Shown piece after piece: positions 7,882 to 16,919 of a stretch of DNA of 64,000 bases. Source of the DNA: an uncultured Gemmatimonadales bacterium (GTDB taxonomy: Bacteria > Gemmatimonadota > Gemmatimonadetes > Longimicrobiales > RSA9). Each line of letters opens with the position of its first letter. The first letter of the stretch is position 1. The stretch is taken from assembly GCA_963798085.1 (NCBI GenBank), contig CAWCRS010000012.1:1-64000 (forward strand). Reading direction: 5' to 3'. The notes under the pieces were generated by a model. It was not told the DNA's origin, searched no databases, and saw nothing but the letters and a program-made list of their open reading frames with translations. The translations under genes were made by a program, and so were the position numbers.

Positions 7882-10347
7882 CTAGGGGTGCGAGCGATTG
7901 GGAGGTCTGGGTGGAGGTGGGGGTGAAAGAGACGGCGGGGGTGGTGGGGGCAGGGCGGGAGGGTCGGGGGTGTCGAGGGGGCTGCGGATGTTGCCGAGGT
8001 CGCGGCGGCTCACATGGGTGTAGATCTGGGTGGTCTTGGGGCTGGCGTGGCCGAGGAGTTCCTGGATGTATCGGAGGTCGGTACCGGCTTCGAGGAGGTG
8101 TGTGGCGAAGCTGTGGCGGAGTGTGTGGGCGGTTGCATGGGTGCCAATGCCGGCCTGTGTGCGGGCGTTCTCGACGACTTTCTGGGCGGAGCGGACTGCG
8201 AGGTGGCGAGTGGGCGGGGTGCCGGGGAAGAGCCAGCTGACAGGCGACCATGTGCGCATGTACTCGCGGATCGCGTCGAGTGCGCGGTCGGAGAGGAGGG
8301 TGTAGCGGTCCTTGCGACCCTTGGCGGCGCGGACGCGGATGAGTCCGCGGGCGGGGTCAATGTCTTCGACTCTCAGGCGTACGACCTCGCCGACGCGCAG
8401 TCCTGCGGAATAGAGGAGCATGAGAAGGGCGCGGTGCTTGGGGTTCAAGGACACGCGCACAATGCGCGCGGCATCGGCGCGACCGAGCACGGCGGGCAGG
8501 TTGCGGTCGGGGCGCGGACGGGGGATGCCGTTCAGGAAGTGGGCACTGTCCAGGACGTGGGTGAAGAAGAAGCGGAGTGCGCTAACTGCCTGTGAGTGGT
8601 AGGACGTGGAGACGTTGTCCCGTTCGACGCGCTCGAGGAAGTACGCGCGCACGTGATCCGCGTTGAGGGCAGGCGCTTCGGCGCGGGCGTGCCGCAGGAA
8701 GGCGCGTGTGTGGTGGAGGTAGGCACGGCGGGTGCGGAAGCTGTGTCGCCTGAGCGTCATCTCCTCACCGAGGCGGGCCAGCAGCTCGGATTCGCCGGGT
8801 GCTGGCGGCAGCGTTGCAATGGAGCGGCGTTTTGCGGGGCTGGCGCGGGACGACACGGCGGCGCGGTCAGCGGTGAGTGGCGATGTTGGAGCGGGGCGTA
8901 CTTGCGGCGTCTGTGGCGTGTCGCCCTGGCGTGCGATCTCGATAATGCGGCGCACGGCGAGTCTCGCGGCAGGCGTGTCGGCCAGGATCCAGCAACGTTC
9001 CGGGTTGCTCCACACGCGGTCCGGCAGCATGCGGAGAACTGCGCGGGCGCGAGGGGTGTCATCGCAGGCGAGGGCAATGCGTCCGTCGGGTCGGAGCCAG
9101 ACGCGCGGCTCGCCGGCTGCCGGAGCCAGCCGGGCTGTCGCGGCGGAGGCGCGATGCTGCGCCGCGGTCTGTTTCGCTGATGAAGCGACCTGTGCAGCAG
9201 TGGCGCGATCGACAGGCGGACGTGCGGATGAGACGCCGGGTTCGGTGCGCGACGCGCGCGGCGCGGGTCTGGCGGGCACGGATTTGTGGTCATTGCGATC
9301 GTGGTCATTGCGATCGTGGTCATTGCGATCGTGGTCATTGCGAGCGTGGTCATTGCGCGCGCGGTCGTGGTGTGCGGGAGTCGATGGCGCGTCGGGTCGG
9401 GGTCGCGAGGATGTCGCAGGCGAAGCGGGTGGCAGCGTCGCAGTCAGCCGTTCGCGTTGAACCGGATCGGGCGATGCGGTTCGAGGCGGGACGGGTGGCG
9501 GAGGCGGTGTCGTCGCCTGATATCCGTGCCGTGGCAGGGATTGCCGTTGCGGTGGCAAGGGGCGTGTGGTTGGCGGTTCTGCCGCCGGTGTGCGGCCGGC
9601 CGCCGGTGCGCGTGCGGCGCGGGCTGGAGTGGCGGGTGGAGGCACGGGACCGGCTTCGGGGCGTTGGAGCGACGCGGCCGGCGTGGCTTCTAACGCTGTG
9701 CTTGTATCGGGCGCGAGCGCGCGACGCGGCACGGCATCGTGCTGTGCGGGTGCGCGGGTCGAGGCGAGGGGCGGGATCGCCTGTACAGTTGCATCGGTCG
9801 GCAATGGTCGATGCTGGCGGGCCAGCCGGTCGGCCGGGTCCGGCGGAGGCGGTGTGGCCGCCTGGTGTCCGGCATGGGACGGTTGAGGCGGTTGCGGAGG
9901 CGACCGCCGGGTGTGCGGCGTCTGCGGTGGCACTTTGCGAGCCGCTCCCGCTGTGTGGGTGGCTGCAAGCGAAGCGGTCGACGTCGCTGGCAAGGCCAGT
10001 GGTGGGGCCGCGGCGTCGGGGCCTGGCAGTGCTGTGGCGGGCGCGGGTTCTAACGCGGTGCTTGGGTCCGTCGTTCGTGTGACCGGCGGCGTCGCATCCG
10101 GCTCCATGTGTACGCGCACCGTGCAGTGTGGAACGAACGGCGGTTGCGACGCATCGGGCAGCAGCGGTCGGCGGCGCCAGGATGTGCGGTGCGGCGGATC
10201 GGGCTGCGGTGCGGCTGCGGGCGCAGCGGGCTGCGCGGGGCCGGGGATTGTCGCCGCGGGTGGCGCAGCAGGCGACTTCGTGCCGTCGGTTTCGGCTTGT
10301 GCCGGTGGCGAGCCGGTCCGGGCAGCAGCTGGGCGAGTGTCAGGCAT
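7882..10347 (-). CDS. Tyrosine recombinase with SAM-like N-domain and extra N-terminal domain (start uncertain; conserved part about 7950-9110)
   Basis: AGLR, KGRKDR, HTLRHSFATHLLE, IQELLGH, TQIY and SPLD motifs. ATG 10347 follows GGGGACAGG; the region above about 9110 is low complexity. Confidence 0.9.
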   Translation of the reverse strand: MPDTRPAAARTGSPPAQAETDGTKSPAAPPAATIPGPAQPAAPAAAPQPDPPHRTSWRRRPLLPDASQPPFVPHCTVRVHMEPDATPPVTRTTDPSTALEPAPATALPGPDAAAPPLALPATSTASLAATHTAGAARKVPPQTPHTRRSPPQPPQPSHAGHQAATPPPPDPADRLARQHRPLPTDATVQAIPPLASTRAPAQHDAVPRRALAPDTSTALEATPAASLQRPEAGPVPPPATPARAARAPAAGRTPAAEPPTTRPLPPQRQSLPRHGYQATTPPPPPVPPRTASPDPVQRERLTATLPPASPATSSRPRPDAPSTPAHHDRARNDHARNDHDRNDHDRNDHDRNDHKSVPARPAPRASRTEPGVSSARPPVDRATAAQVASSAKQTAAQHRASAATARLAPAAGEPRVWLRPDGRIALACDDTPRARAVLRMLPDRVWSNPERCWILADTPAARLAVRRIIEIARQGDTPQTPQVRPAPTSPLTADRAAVSSRASPAKRRSIATLPPAPGESELLARLGEEMTLRRHSFRTRRAYLHHTRAFLRHARAEAPALNADHVRAYFLERVERDNVSTSYHSQAVSALRFFFTHVLDSAHFLNGIPRPRPDRNLPAVLGRADAARIVRVSLNPKHRALLMLLYSAGLRVGEVVRLRVEDIDPARGLIRVRAAKGRKDRYTLLSDRALDAIREYMRTWSPVSWLFPGTPPTRHLAVRSAQKVVENARTQAGIGTHATAHTLRHSFATHLLEAGTDLRYIQELLGHASPKTTQIYTHVSRRDLGNIRSPLDTPDPPALPPPPPPSLSPPPPPRPPNRSHP
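9286..9360. repeat. 15-bp tandem repeat x5 (GTGGTCATTGCGATC)
   Basis: Read directly; encodes NDHDR repeats in the integrase frame. Confidence 0.9.
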
Positions 10348-10701
10348 CCTGTCCCCGTGTGTGCAGTGCGGCCAGGAGTTTGTGCGATACGAGGGGGCAG
10401 AGCCATGGCTGGGCGGGTCGCGAACGAGTGCGCGCTGCGAGTGTCGGCGCCATGGTGTCGCGGTCGGGATGTCGATCGCTGGTCTGCCACGGGGCGGGCG
10501 TCGGCAAGACCGGCGTCCAGCGGAATTCGAGACGAAATCGCACATCACCCGGCGAATCGCCTCGCCGGCGCGGCATTGAAGGTGCGCATGATCCATCAGT
10601 GGCGCGGGCACGACAGCCGCGGCGGGCCGACTCCTTCGGTGCACATCGGTGCGCGTTGCCGAGGCCCGCGGCTGTGTCCCGGGACATGCGTGGAGACGGG
10701 T

Positions 10702-10869
10702 CGACGCGCCACTGAACGACGCCAACTGAACGACGCGCCAACTGAACGACGCGCCAACTGAACGACGCGCCACTGAACGACGCGCCACTTGAATGACGCG
10801 ACACTGAACGACGCGCCACTGAACGACGCGCCACTGAACGACGCGCCACTGAATGACGCGCCACTGAAC
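10702..10869. repeat. 15-bp tandem repeat x~11 (CCACTGAACGACGCG)
   Basis: Read directly; small indels between units. Confidence 0.9.
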
Positions 10870-11189
10870 AATATGCATGGCGTGATCGGTGCGGGCCTCG
10901 AGGCGGACGGGACGGCTCCAGGTCGCAGAATCGAGACCGTCGCCTTCAATGTGTAATGGACTGTTATGGCGGCCGCCATCACCTCGTCGCCCATGGAGCC
11001 GGTGAACCGCCGCCTGTACGCCCGGCGTGTAACCCGCTGGCAGTCAGTGTCGTGCCCGATCGTGCGGAGCAGTGCTGGCAGGCTTCTGCGTCGAGTTGAT
11101 TGACGCGGATACCACGGGCGAGAAGCGGTCCGTGGCCTCCGTCCGGCGTGTGAAACAGTGCAACCCGGGAACCGGGGTGCATCCGGGCA

Positions 11190-11290
11190 TCAAATGGCGA
11201 ACCACGCCAGACCGTCCGGCGTGAAGCCGCCGTCGAGAAGACGAGCGACGTTGGGGTGCTCGAGCGTCGCGAGGATGCGGCGCGGTGGAA
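11190..11290 (-). pseudogene. Ser/Thr protein kinase remnant
   Basis: RRILATLEHPNVARLLDGGFTPDGLAWF matches Hanks kinase subdomains III-V; the rest of the domain is absent. Confidence 0.55.
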
Positions 11291-11893
11291 GCTCCTGTCG
11301 CAACGCGAACGAGATCCGCCGATCGCACTCCCTGACAGCGTCCGGGGACCATACGGTGCACACCAGACCATATGTTGCAACCATCGGCCGGCAAGCCGGA
11401 AATCGTGGGACATCGTACGTGGCGGTACGCGCGACGGTTGAATGGAAGGAAACCGGGGTTGAACGAGGAGGTGTGGGAGGATTCACGTGGGGACGAGTGG
11501 GCTGTATCTCGACGCCACTTGTGCATTCGGCCGCAGCGGCAGACCGCCCGGCGCGTTGCACCTCCTCGAAACGGCGCTGCTAATCCTTTGTCGGCTCGCC
11601 TTGCCGGATCGGCTGCGGCCGCGGCCTCGGTGCGAGTTGTCCGGTTACAGTCACGGCGAACCGGCTGGTGCCCGCGGGTGTCGCCGTCTGTTCACGCGGG
11701 ACATTACCCGCTCTGCCCCTGTGAGCCCTGCTCATTCTGCGCCTCCCACATCAGCTGCCTCTCGCTGCCGCTCTCCCCATAATCAATCCGTACATCGGCC
11801 TGCCCTGTGACCGGGACGGTGATCAGCCTTGTTCCCAGTCGATCTCGCACTCTTCGACGCCCGTCCATTCGAGGAAGCGATCCACCGGACTTA

Positions 11894-12142
11894 CGCCGCA
11901 GAGGCGCCTGAAGAGATTGCGGTCGCGGCTAACGTCACGATCTACGCCGCAGAGTCGCCTGAAGAGATTGCGGTCGCGGCTAACGTCACGATCTACGCCG
12001 CAGAGTCGCCTGAAGAGATTGCGGTCGCGGCTGACGTCGCGGATCAAGGCCGCAGAGGCGCCTGAAGCGATTGCGTCGCGGCTGACGTCGCGGATCAAGG
12101 CCGCAGAGGCGCCTGAAGACATTGCGTCGCGGCTGACGTCGC
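11894..12142. repeat. ~51-bp tandem repeat x~5
   Basis: GCCGCAGAG(G/T)CGCCTGAAG...GTCGCGGCT(A/G)ACGTC units. Confidence 0.85.
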
Positions 12143-12189
12143 ACTGCATCCAGTCCATGCTGCGTGTCCACCCACGAAGCCGTGATGCG

Positions 12190-12481
12190 CCGCACTTCCT
12201 TGTCGAGTGGTGCGCAGAAGCGCGATTGCTTCGGGCCATTCCCCTGAGTCAGTTTTCCGTAAGACCGGGCGAGGCGTTCGTCACGGGGCCGTTTCGTAGC
12301 GCGTACGGAGGTCTGCAGCTTGAGGCGGCGTATTCCGCACTTCCTTGTCGAGTGGTACGCAGAAGCGATTGCTTCGGGCCAATCCACCGAGTCAGTTTTC
12401 CGTAAGACCGGGCGAGGCGTTCGTCACGGGGCCGTTTCGTGGCGTGTACGGAGGTCTGCAGCTTGAGGCGGCGTATTCCGC
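12190..12481. repeat. ~145-bp tandem duplication x2
   Basis: CCGCACTTCCTTGTCGAGTGGT... starts at 12190 and 12335. Confidence 0.85.
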
Positions 12482-12544
12482 CACGCATGCACGGTGCAAT
12501 GTATCGTGAGGCGCGGATCTGGCGTCTTTCGTCGAGAGGTGCGG

Positions 12545-13030
12545 ATGCGAATGCAGCTGGCCGTTCTGGTGCTGCTGCTGCCGAGCGCGGCGCGGGCGCA
12601 GACCTCGCCTGGCGCCGTCGGCGCGAGCGGGTCGTTCTTCGCTCTTTCGGTGGGCGACCTGGAGGCGAGCACGCGGTGGTACACCGAGAAGCTGGGTCTG
12701 CACGTCGTGATGCGGGCGCCCGCGGCGAACGGAGTCGCGGTGACAGTGCTGGAGGCGGACGGACTCCTGGTGGAGCTGGTGCACAACGACAATGCGCGAG
12801 GCCTGAACAGCACGGGTACGCGATCCGAACCATCGCTCACGCACGGCTATTTCAAGGTGGGGTTCCTGGTGGGGGACCTGGACGCGACGCTGGCACTGCT
12901 GCGTTCGCGGGGCGTGCGGGTCGCAGTCGGTCCGTACCCGGCGACGGCGACGCAACGCGCCAATGCCATCATCGAGGACAATGCCGGCAATCTGATCCAG
13001 CTGTTCGGCAGACGTACAGGCGAACGGTGA
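12545..13030 (+). CDS. VOC (glyoxalase/bleomycin resistance) family protein with signal peptide
   Basis: ALSVGDLEASTRWYTEKLGL, VGFLVGDLD and IEDNAGNLIQLF motifs. Confidence 0.8.
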   Translation: MRMQLAVLVLLLPSAARAQTSPGAVGASGSFFALSVGDLEASTRWYTEKLGLHVVMRAPAANGVAVTVLEADGLLVELVHNDNARGLNSTGTRSEPSLTHGYFKVGFLVGDLDATLALLRSRGVRVAVGPYPATATQRANAIIEDNAGNLIQLFGRRTGER

Positions 13031-13663
13031 TCCCGGACGACGTTGGTGAGTCGGTCGCAGAATGGTGGTGGCACCCGAGGCCACGGCTAACGCGGTGCTT
13101 GCCCAGTTCCGGAGAACGCGGACTGCGAGCCATCCGCCGGCTGCGGTGCATCAGACCACGCAAAGCGACCTGCCAGTCCGGATCGAACCTGACGAACGGC
13201 ACGCCCGCGCGCGCTTCGCCAGGATGCCGCGCCGCCCAGAGCGGCCCTTCCGCCTGTCGACGAACGGCCTTGATGCGAGCTGGCGGTCGCGACGCTTTCT
13301 TACGCGCGGTCAGAGCGCGCCGACCAGGTGGAAGAGGATCTGCGCGTCGCTGCTTCCTGTGCTGCGCGCACCGGGCGCGGGACGGGTCCTCCGGCATGAA
13401 CCGCGTTGATCGAGAGCGGAATGGCGGCGATATGGCCGGGGCCAGTCAGGGGTGTGCACGACCGGGCATACTCCGCCGTCCATGGCGTGTCCGCACTGCA
13501 GGTGAGCCGCTATCTTTAGGAGAAATCCTGACTTTGTCTTCACGCGCAAGTGTCCTGGACCATGTGTCACCCCCGGATCTGTCCGGGCCTGTCGGTACTG
13601 GCGTTGCGCTGCAAAGGGGAGCCGGCGGGCACCTTTGTGATCGATGGGTAGCCGCAACAATGC

Positions 13664-13977
13664 GTGGAACTTGCGCTGAGCCCGCTGGCGATCACAATCA
13701 CGGTGATGGATTCGGTACGGCTGAAGCTCGACGCCCGTTTTGCCGGAGTCGTACAGTCGGCGGGATCACGGAATGAACCGGGCGGTGTACGATGGGCGGA
13801 TTGCCCGTCCGGGCGTTGTCACGGACACATCGAGCTGGGTGGTCGCCTGTGCGCCGGGGCAGACGACCGTCGAGATTCGCGCCGTCGTGGATCGGGACAT
13901 TGCCGCGGGGATCGGCAATCACTGTCATTCCGCAAGACCTGACGGCCGTGCCGAGCGAACTGCGCGACGAGCGCTGA
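13664..13977 (+). pseudogene. Possible frameshifted Ig-like domain fragment
   Basis: LALSPLAITITVMDSV, VVACAPGQTTVEIRAV and AITVIP segments in different frames. Confidence 0.25.
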
Positions 13978-14027
13978 TGGCGTCGCGGGCGACCGCCATT
14001 GAAGGGATGCGGGATAGAGGCTCGACC

Positions 14028-14266
14028 GGAACCGGATGCGCGGGTTGTGCGAATCGCACCACGGTCGTGGCTCGAAATCTGAAGCTCGCGACAAGGTTGG
14101 GTTGCCGGAGCCGGATGCGCGGGTTGTGCGAATCGCACCACGGTAGTGGCTCGAGATCTGAAGTTCGCAACAAGGTTGGGTGGCCGGAACGGATGCGCGG
14201 GTTGTGCGAATCGCACCATGGTAGTGGCTCGAAGATCTGAAGCTCGCGACAAGATTGGGTGGCCGG
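14028..14266. repeat. ~79-bp tandem repeat x3
   Basis: CGGATGCGCGGGTTGTGCGAATCGCACCA...CTGAAG(C/T)TCGC units near 14032, 14111 and 14189. Confidence 0.85.
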
Positions 14267-14298
14267 ACCACCGCTGACTCCCGGATAGGGCCAGGCAC

Positions 14299-14802
14299 AT
14301 GACACAGGAGCGAAGAGTCGTTCGCGGAGATTCCGCAGCTGCGGCCGCCGCGCTGCGTGTGGCATTCGCGTCGGGCAGGAGCGAGGCCGTCGCGGAACTC
14401 GTTGGCAGGACCTACACGATGGAGAAAGTGTCGGCGGAAGAGTTCGTCCTGCGGCAGCCGACCGATGCGGCCGGCGGGCGTGTCATCCTGGGGGGCGCGA
14501 ACAGACCTGGCGCGTACCCGGAAGACATTCCGTATCTGGCTGACGAAGTGGTGATGTTGAGCACCCGACAGTCCGCCATGATGGCCCTCTGGTGGCTGCA
14601 GCAGGAGCCAATGGCCGCGCTCGCCGAACTGGATCGGCAGAGCCTTGCAGCGGGCTGGGCGCGTGAGGGCAATGCATTGACGCCGGCGACAGACGTGGTG
14701 CGTCAAATGTACCGCAAGGGCGAACTCGTGCGGCACATCACGACGGGTCCGGGCCTCGTGAGTCTGCGACAGGCGCACGCTGAGCACACGAATCGCGTCT
14801 GA
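14299..14802 (+). CDS. Hypothetical protein
   Basis: 167 aa ORF with protein-like composition. Confidence 0.55.
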   Translation: MTQERRVVRGDSAAAAAALRVAFASGRSEAVAELVGRTYTMEKVSAEEFVLRQPTDAAGGRVILGGANRPGAYPEDIPYLADEVVMLSTRQSAMMALWWLQQEPMAALAELDRQSLAAGWAREGNALTPATDVVRQMYRKGELVRHITTGPGLVSLRQAHAEHTNRV

Positions 14803-14873
14803 CGAGCGGCGACGTGGCCGCCGTCGTACGACATCTCGATCTGCACGAGTCTGGGGTGTCACGGGAACGGACA

Positions 14874-15884
14874 ATGGAAACAGTACAGCGCAAAGTGTTG
14901 CCGGCCGGAGCAAGGTCGATTGCGGGCCGCACGGTGTGGACTCTGGCCACGGCAGCGGTCGTGGTGCTGGGGCCGGCGTGCGGCGGCCGGTCACAGGAAC
15001 CCGTGCCACAGTCGCAGACGCGCAGGATTCCCACGCTGTACGCGGCCAACCGCTTCGTTGCGCTGCCTGTCGCGCTCAGTGGCGACACACTCAAGCTGTT
15101 CACGGACACGGGCGGTGGACTGTTCCTGTACAAGGCGGTAACGGCGCGTTATCGTCTGGCTGTGGACAGTGCCGGCCGGGTGCGGCTGCCCGCATTCCGC
15201 GATGGGCTGGGTGTTCCCGAGCCGCTGGGGTCGGAGAAGGGACTGCTGTTCACACTGGACGAAGCGCAGCGCGGTTTCCGCGACTGGGATGGCATGCTCG
15301 GCCAGCAGTGGTTCGCGGATCGAGTCTGGACATTCGACTATCCCGGCAAACAGCTGCTCCTCTGGTCCGATCCGGCCGCGCACACCGTTGCGGACGGCGG
15401 CCACACGGTGATGCTGGGATTCAAGCACAATGCGGACGGGCGGCGTGCGCTCTCGTTTCCGCGCATTCGCGTCGAGATCGATGGCGACTCGCTCGACCTG
15501 CTCTTCGACACGGGGGCAACCGTCGTGCTGCCGCCACCGGCGCTCGCGCTGCTGGCCGATCGCGGCGAGGCAGAGCGCGCCACGAGCTTCATCACTTCGA
15601 GCACCATGGCACGCTGGCGGGTGAGGCATCCGGACTGGAAGGTGATTCCGAACGCGGACGAGAACGTGCCGAACATGTCGATGATCGAGGTGGCGGCGAT
15701 CTCGGTGGCCGGATACACGGTGGGCCCGGTATGGTTCACGGAGCGTCCCGACCGGAATTTCCACGAGTACATGTCGCAGTTCATGGATCAGCGTGTGGAG
15801 GGCGCACTCGGTGGTTCCGCACTGCAGTATTTCCGCGTGACCGTGGATTACTCGAAGGCCACCGCGACTTTTGTGCGCTCCTGA
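14874..15884 (+). CDS. Retropepsin-like aspartyl protease lipoprotein (two DTG motifs)
   Basis: LFTDTGGG and LLFDTGAT; WDGMLG and VEGALG motifs; lipobox-like PAC. Confidence 0.7.
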   Translation: METVQRKVLPAGARSIAGRTVWTLATAAVVVLGPACGGRSQEPVPQSQTRRIPTLYAANRFVALPVALSGDTLKLFTDTGGGLFLYKAVTARYRLAVDSAGRVRLPAFRDGLGVPEPLGSEKGLLFTLDEAQRGFRDWDGMLGQQWFADRVWTFDYPGKQLLLWSDPAAHTVADGGHTVMLGFKHNADGRRALSFPRIRVEIDGDSLDLLFDTGATVVLPPPALALLADRGEAERATSFITSSTMARWRVRHPDWKVIPNADENVPNMSMIEVAAISVAGYTVGPVWFTERPDRNFHEYMSQFMDQRVEGALGGSALQYFRVTVDYSKATATFVRS

Positions 15885-16131
15885 GACAGCCGGCAGTCAC
15901 AGCCAGGGACTGACAGTGCGGGCGCATGCCCTCGCCCTGCCTCGCGAAGGCCGGCAATCTGGCGCAGGGGGTATCCTGCCTCAACAGAATCTGCCGCCTC
16001 CCTTTCATTCCGCGGGCAGACCGTCATAGAATGGGCGTGTTCGACAGCGCTGTCTAACGCGGTGCTCGATACGGACCCGGCCGACCCTCATGATGCGGAC
16101 GGGATCCACCACCCGGCCATGGCGAGCATTC

Positions 16132-16455
16132 ATGAAGGAACTTCCGATTGCCTGTTCGCTGTCAACACAGTCGCTCGCCGGGCGCCGTTCGGCATTGCAC
16201 GATCTTGCGTCGCAGATCGTGGAGCGGCGCGTGAGCGAGAAGTCGTTCGCCGCCCGTTTCGAGACGTCACCGGGCATACTGCCGGATCTTGTCAGGTTCA
16301 TCAGCGCCGAGCGCGACTGCTGCCTCTTTCTGCGGTTCGAGATCGTTGCCGAGGAAGACCACGGGCCGATCTGGCTCTCGGTCGCCGGACCGCCCGGGAC
16401 CGGCTCGTTCGTGCAGGACATGCTGGCGACGAGTCAGCCCCCTGATCAACAGTGA
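16132..16455 (+). CDS. Small Cys-motif protein (PIACSL...ERDCC), possibly metal-binding
   Basis: Pattern resembles standalone versions of a domain found on some MerR regulators. Confidence 0.6.
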   Translation: MKELPIACSLSTQSLAGRRSALHDLASQIVERRVSEKSFAARFETSPGILPDLVRFISAERDCCLFLRFEIVAEEDHGPIWLSVAGPPGTGSFVQDMLATSQPPDQQ

Positions 16456-16919
16456 CCAGCCGGCGGAGGCTGCCGCATGCGTGAGCCCCATGTCGTGGGT
16501 ATGATGGTGGTGCTGATCGTCATGCAAGTCGCGTGGCTGCTGTGTCGCTCGAGCGTGCGTCCTCGACCGCCAGGATGGCTTCTTCCCTGATCTCATGGAG
16601 CCAGCCGGGCAGTGACAGGCCGATGTCGGGCTCGCCGCCGACAGTCCGCCAATGGTCTACCGTGGAGTTCTCAGCCGCCGCGCCTGCGCGCGGCGTGATG
16701 GCAGGTTGCGCCGCCGCATTCGCCGCAGTGTCACACTGACGCCCGTGACGGGGCAGCTGCTGGACGCGTACCGGCGGCGGGTGCGCAGCTACTGGGACGG
16801 AGCCGGGCAAAGGGCGGGCAACAGCGTGGAATCCCCGGCAATGGCGCGTGAAGGCGACGTGCTGTGGAGCGAGCTGCCAAAGCGACTGGATTCCGCCGAT
16901 CGATCGGCCCCGCAGCGCG

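Larger units (their letters stand above)
1748..10347 (-). mobile_element. Integron-like element: tyrosine recombinase plus downstream cassette array (probably extends left of the window)
   Basis: Five related TAAC...GTTA palindromic sites separate minus-strand genes; cassette ends are complementary; integrase is adjacent. Confidence 0.85.

Noticed and set aside
10348..10878. 998-aa integrase starting at 10878
   Set aside because: The N-terminus simply translates the 15-bp repeat and GC-rich open sequence.
11926..11990. GCTAACGTCACGA in the 51-bp repeat as att sites
   Set aside because: No spacer, inner palindrome or GTTA partner; other units read GCTGACGT.
11894..14266. CRISPR arrays (also 61862-62126)
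   Set aside because: Units are contiguous with no unique spacers, and no cas genes are present.
10900..16500. Second cassette array upstream of the integrase
   Set aside because: No complete TAAC..GTTCAYG..CRTGAA..GTTA site or complementary cassette ends were found.
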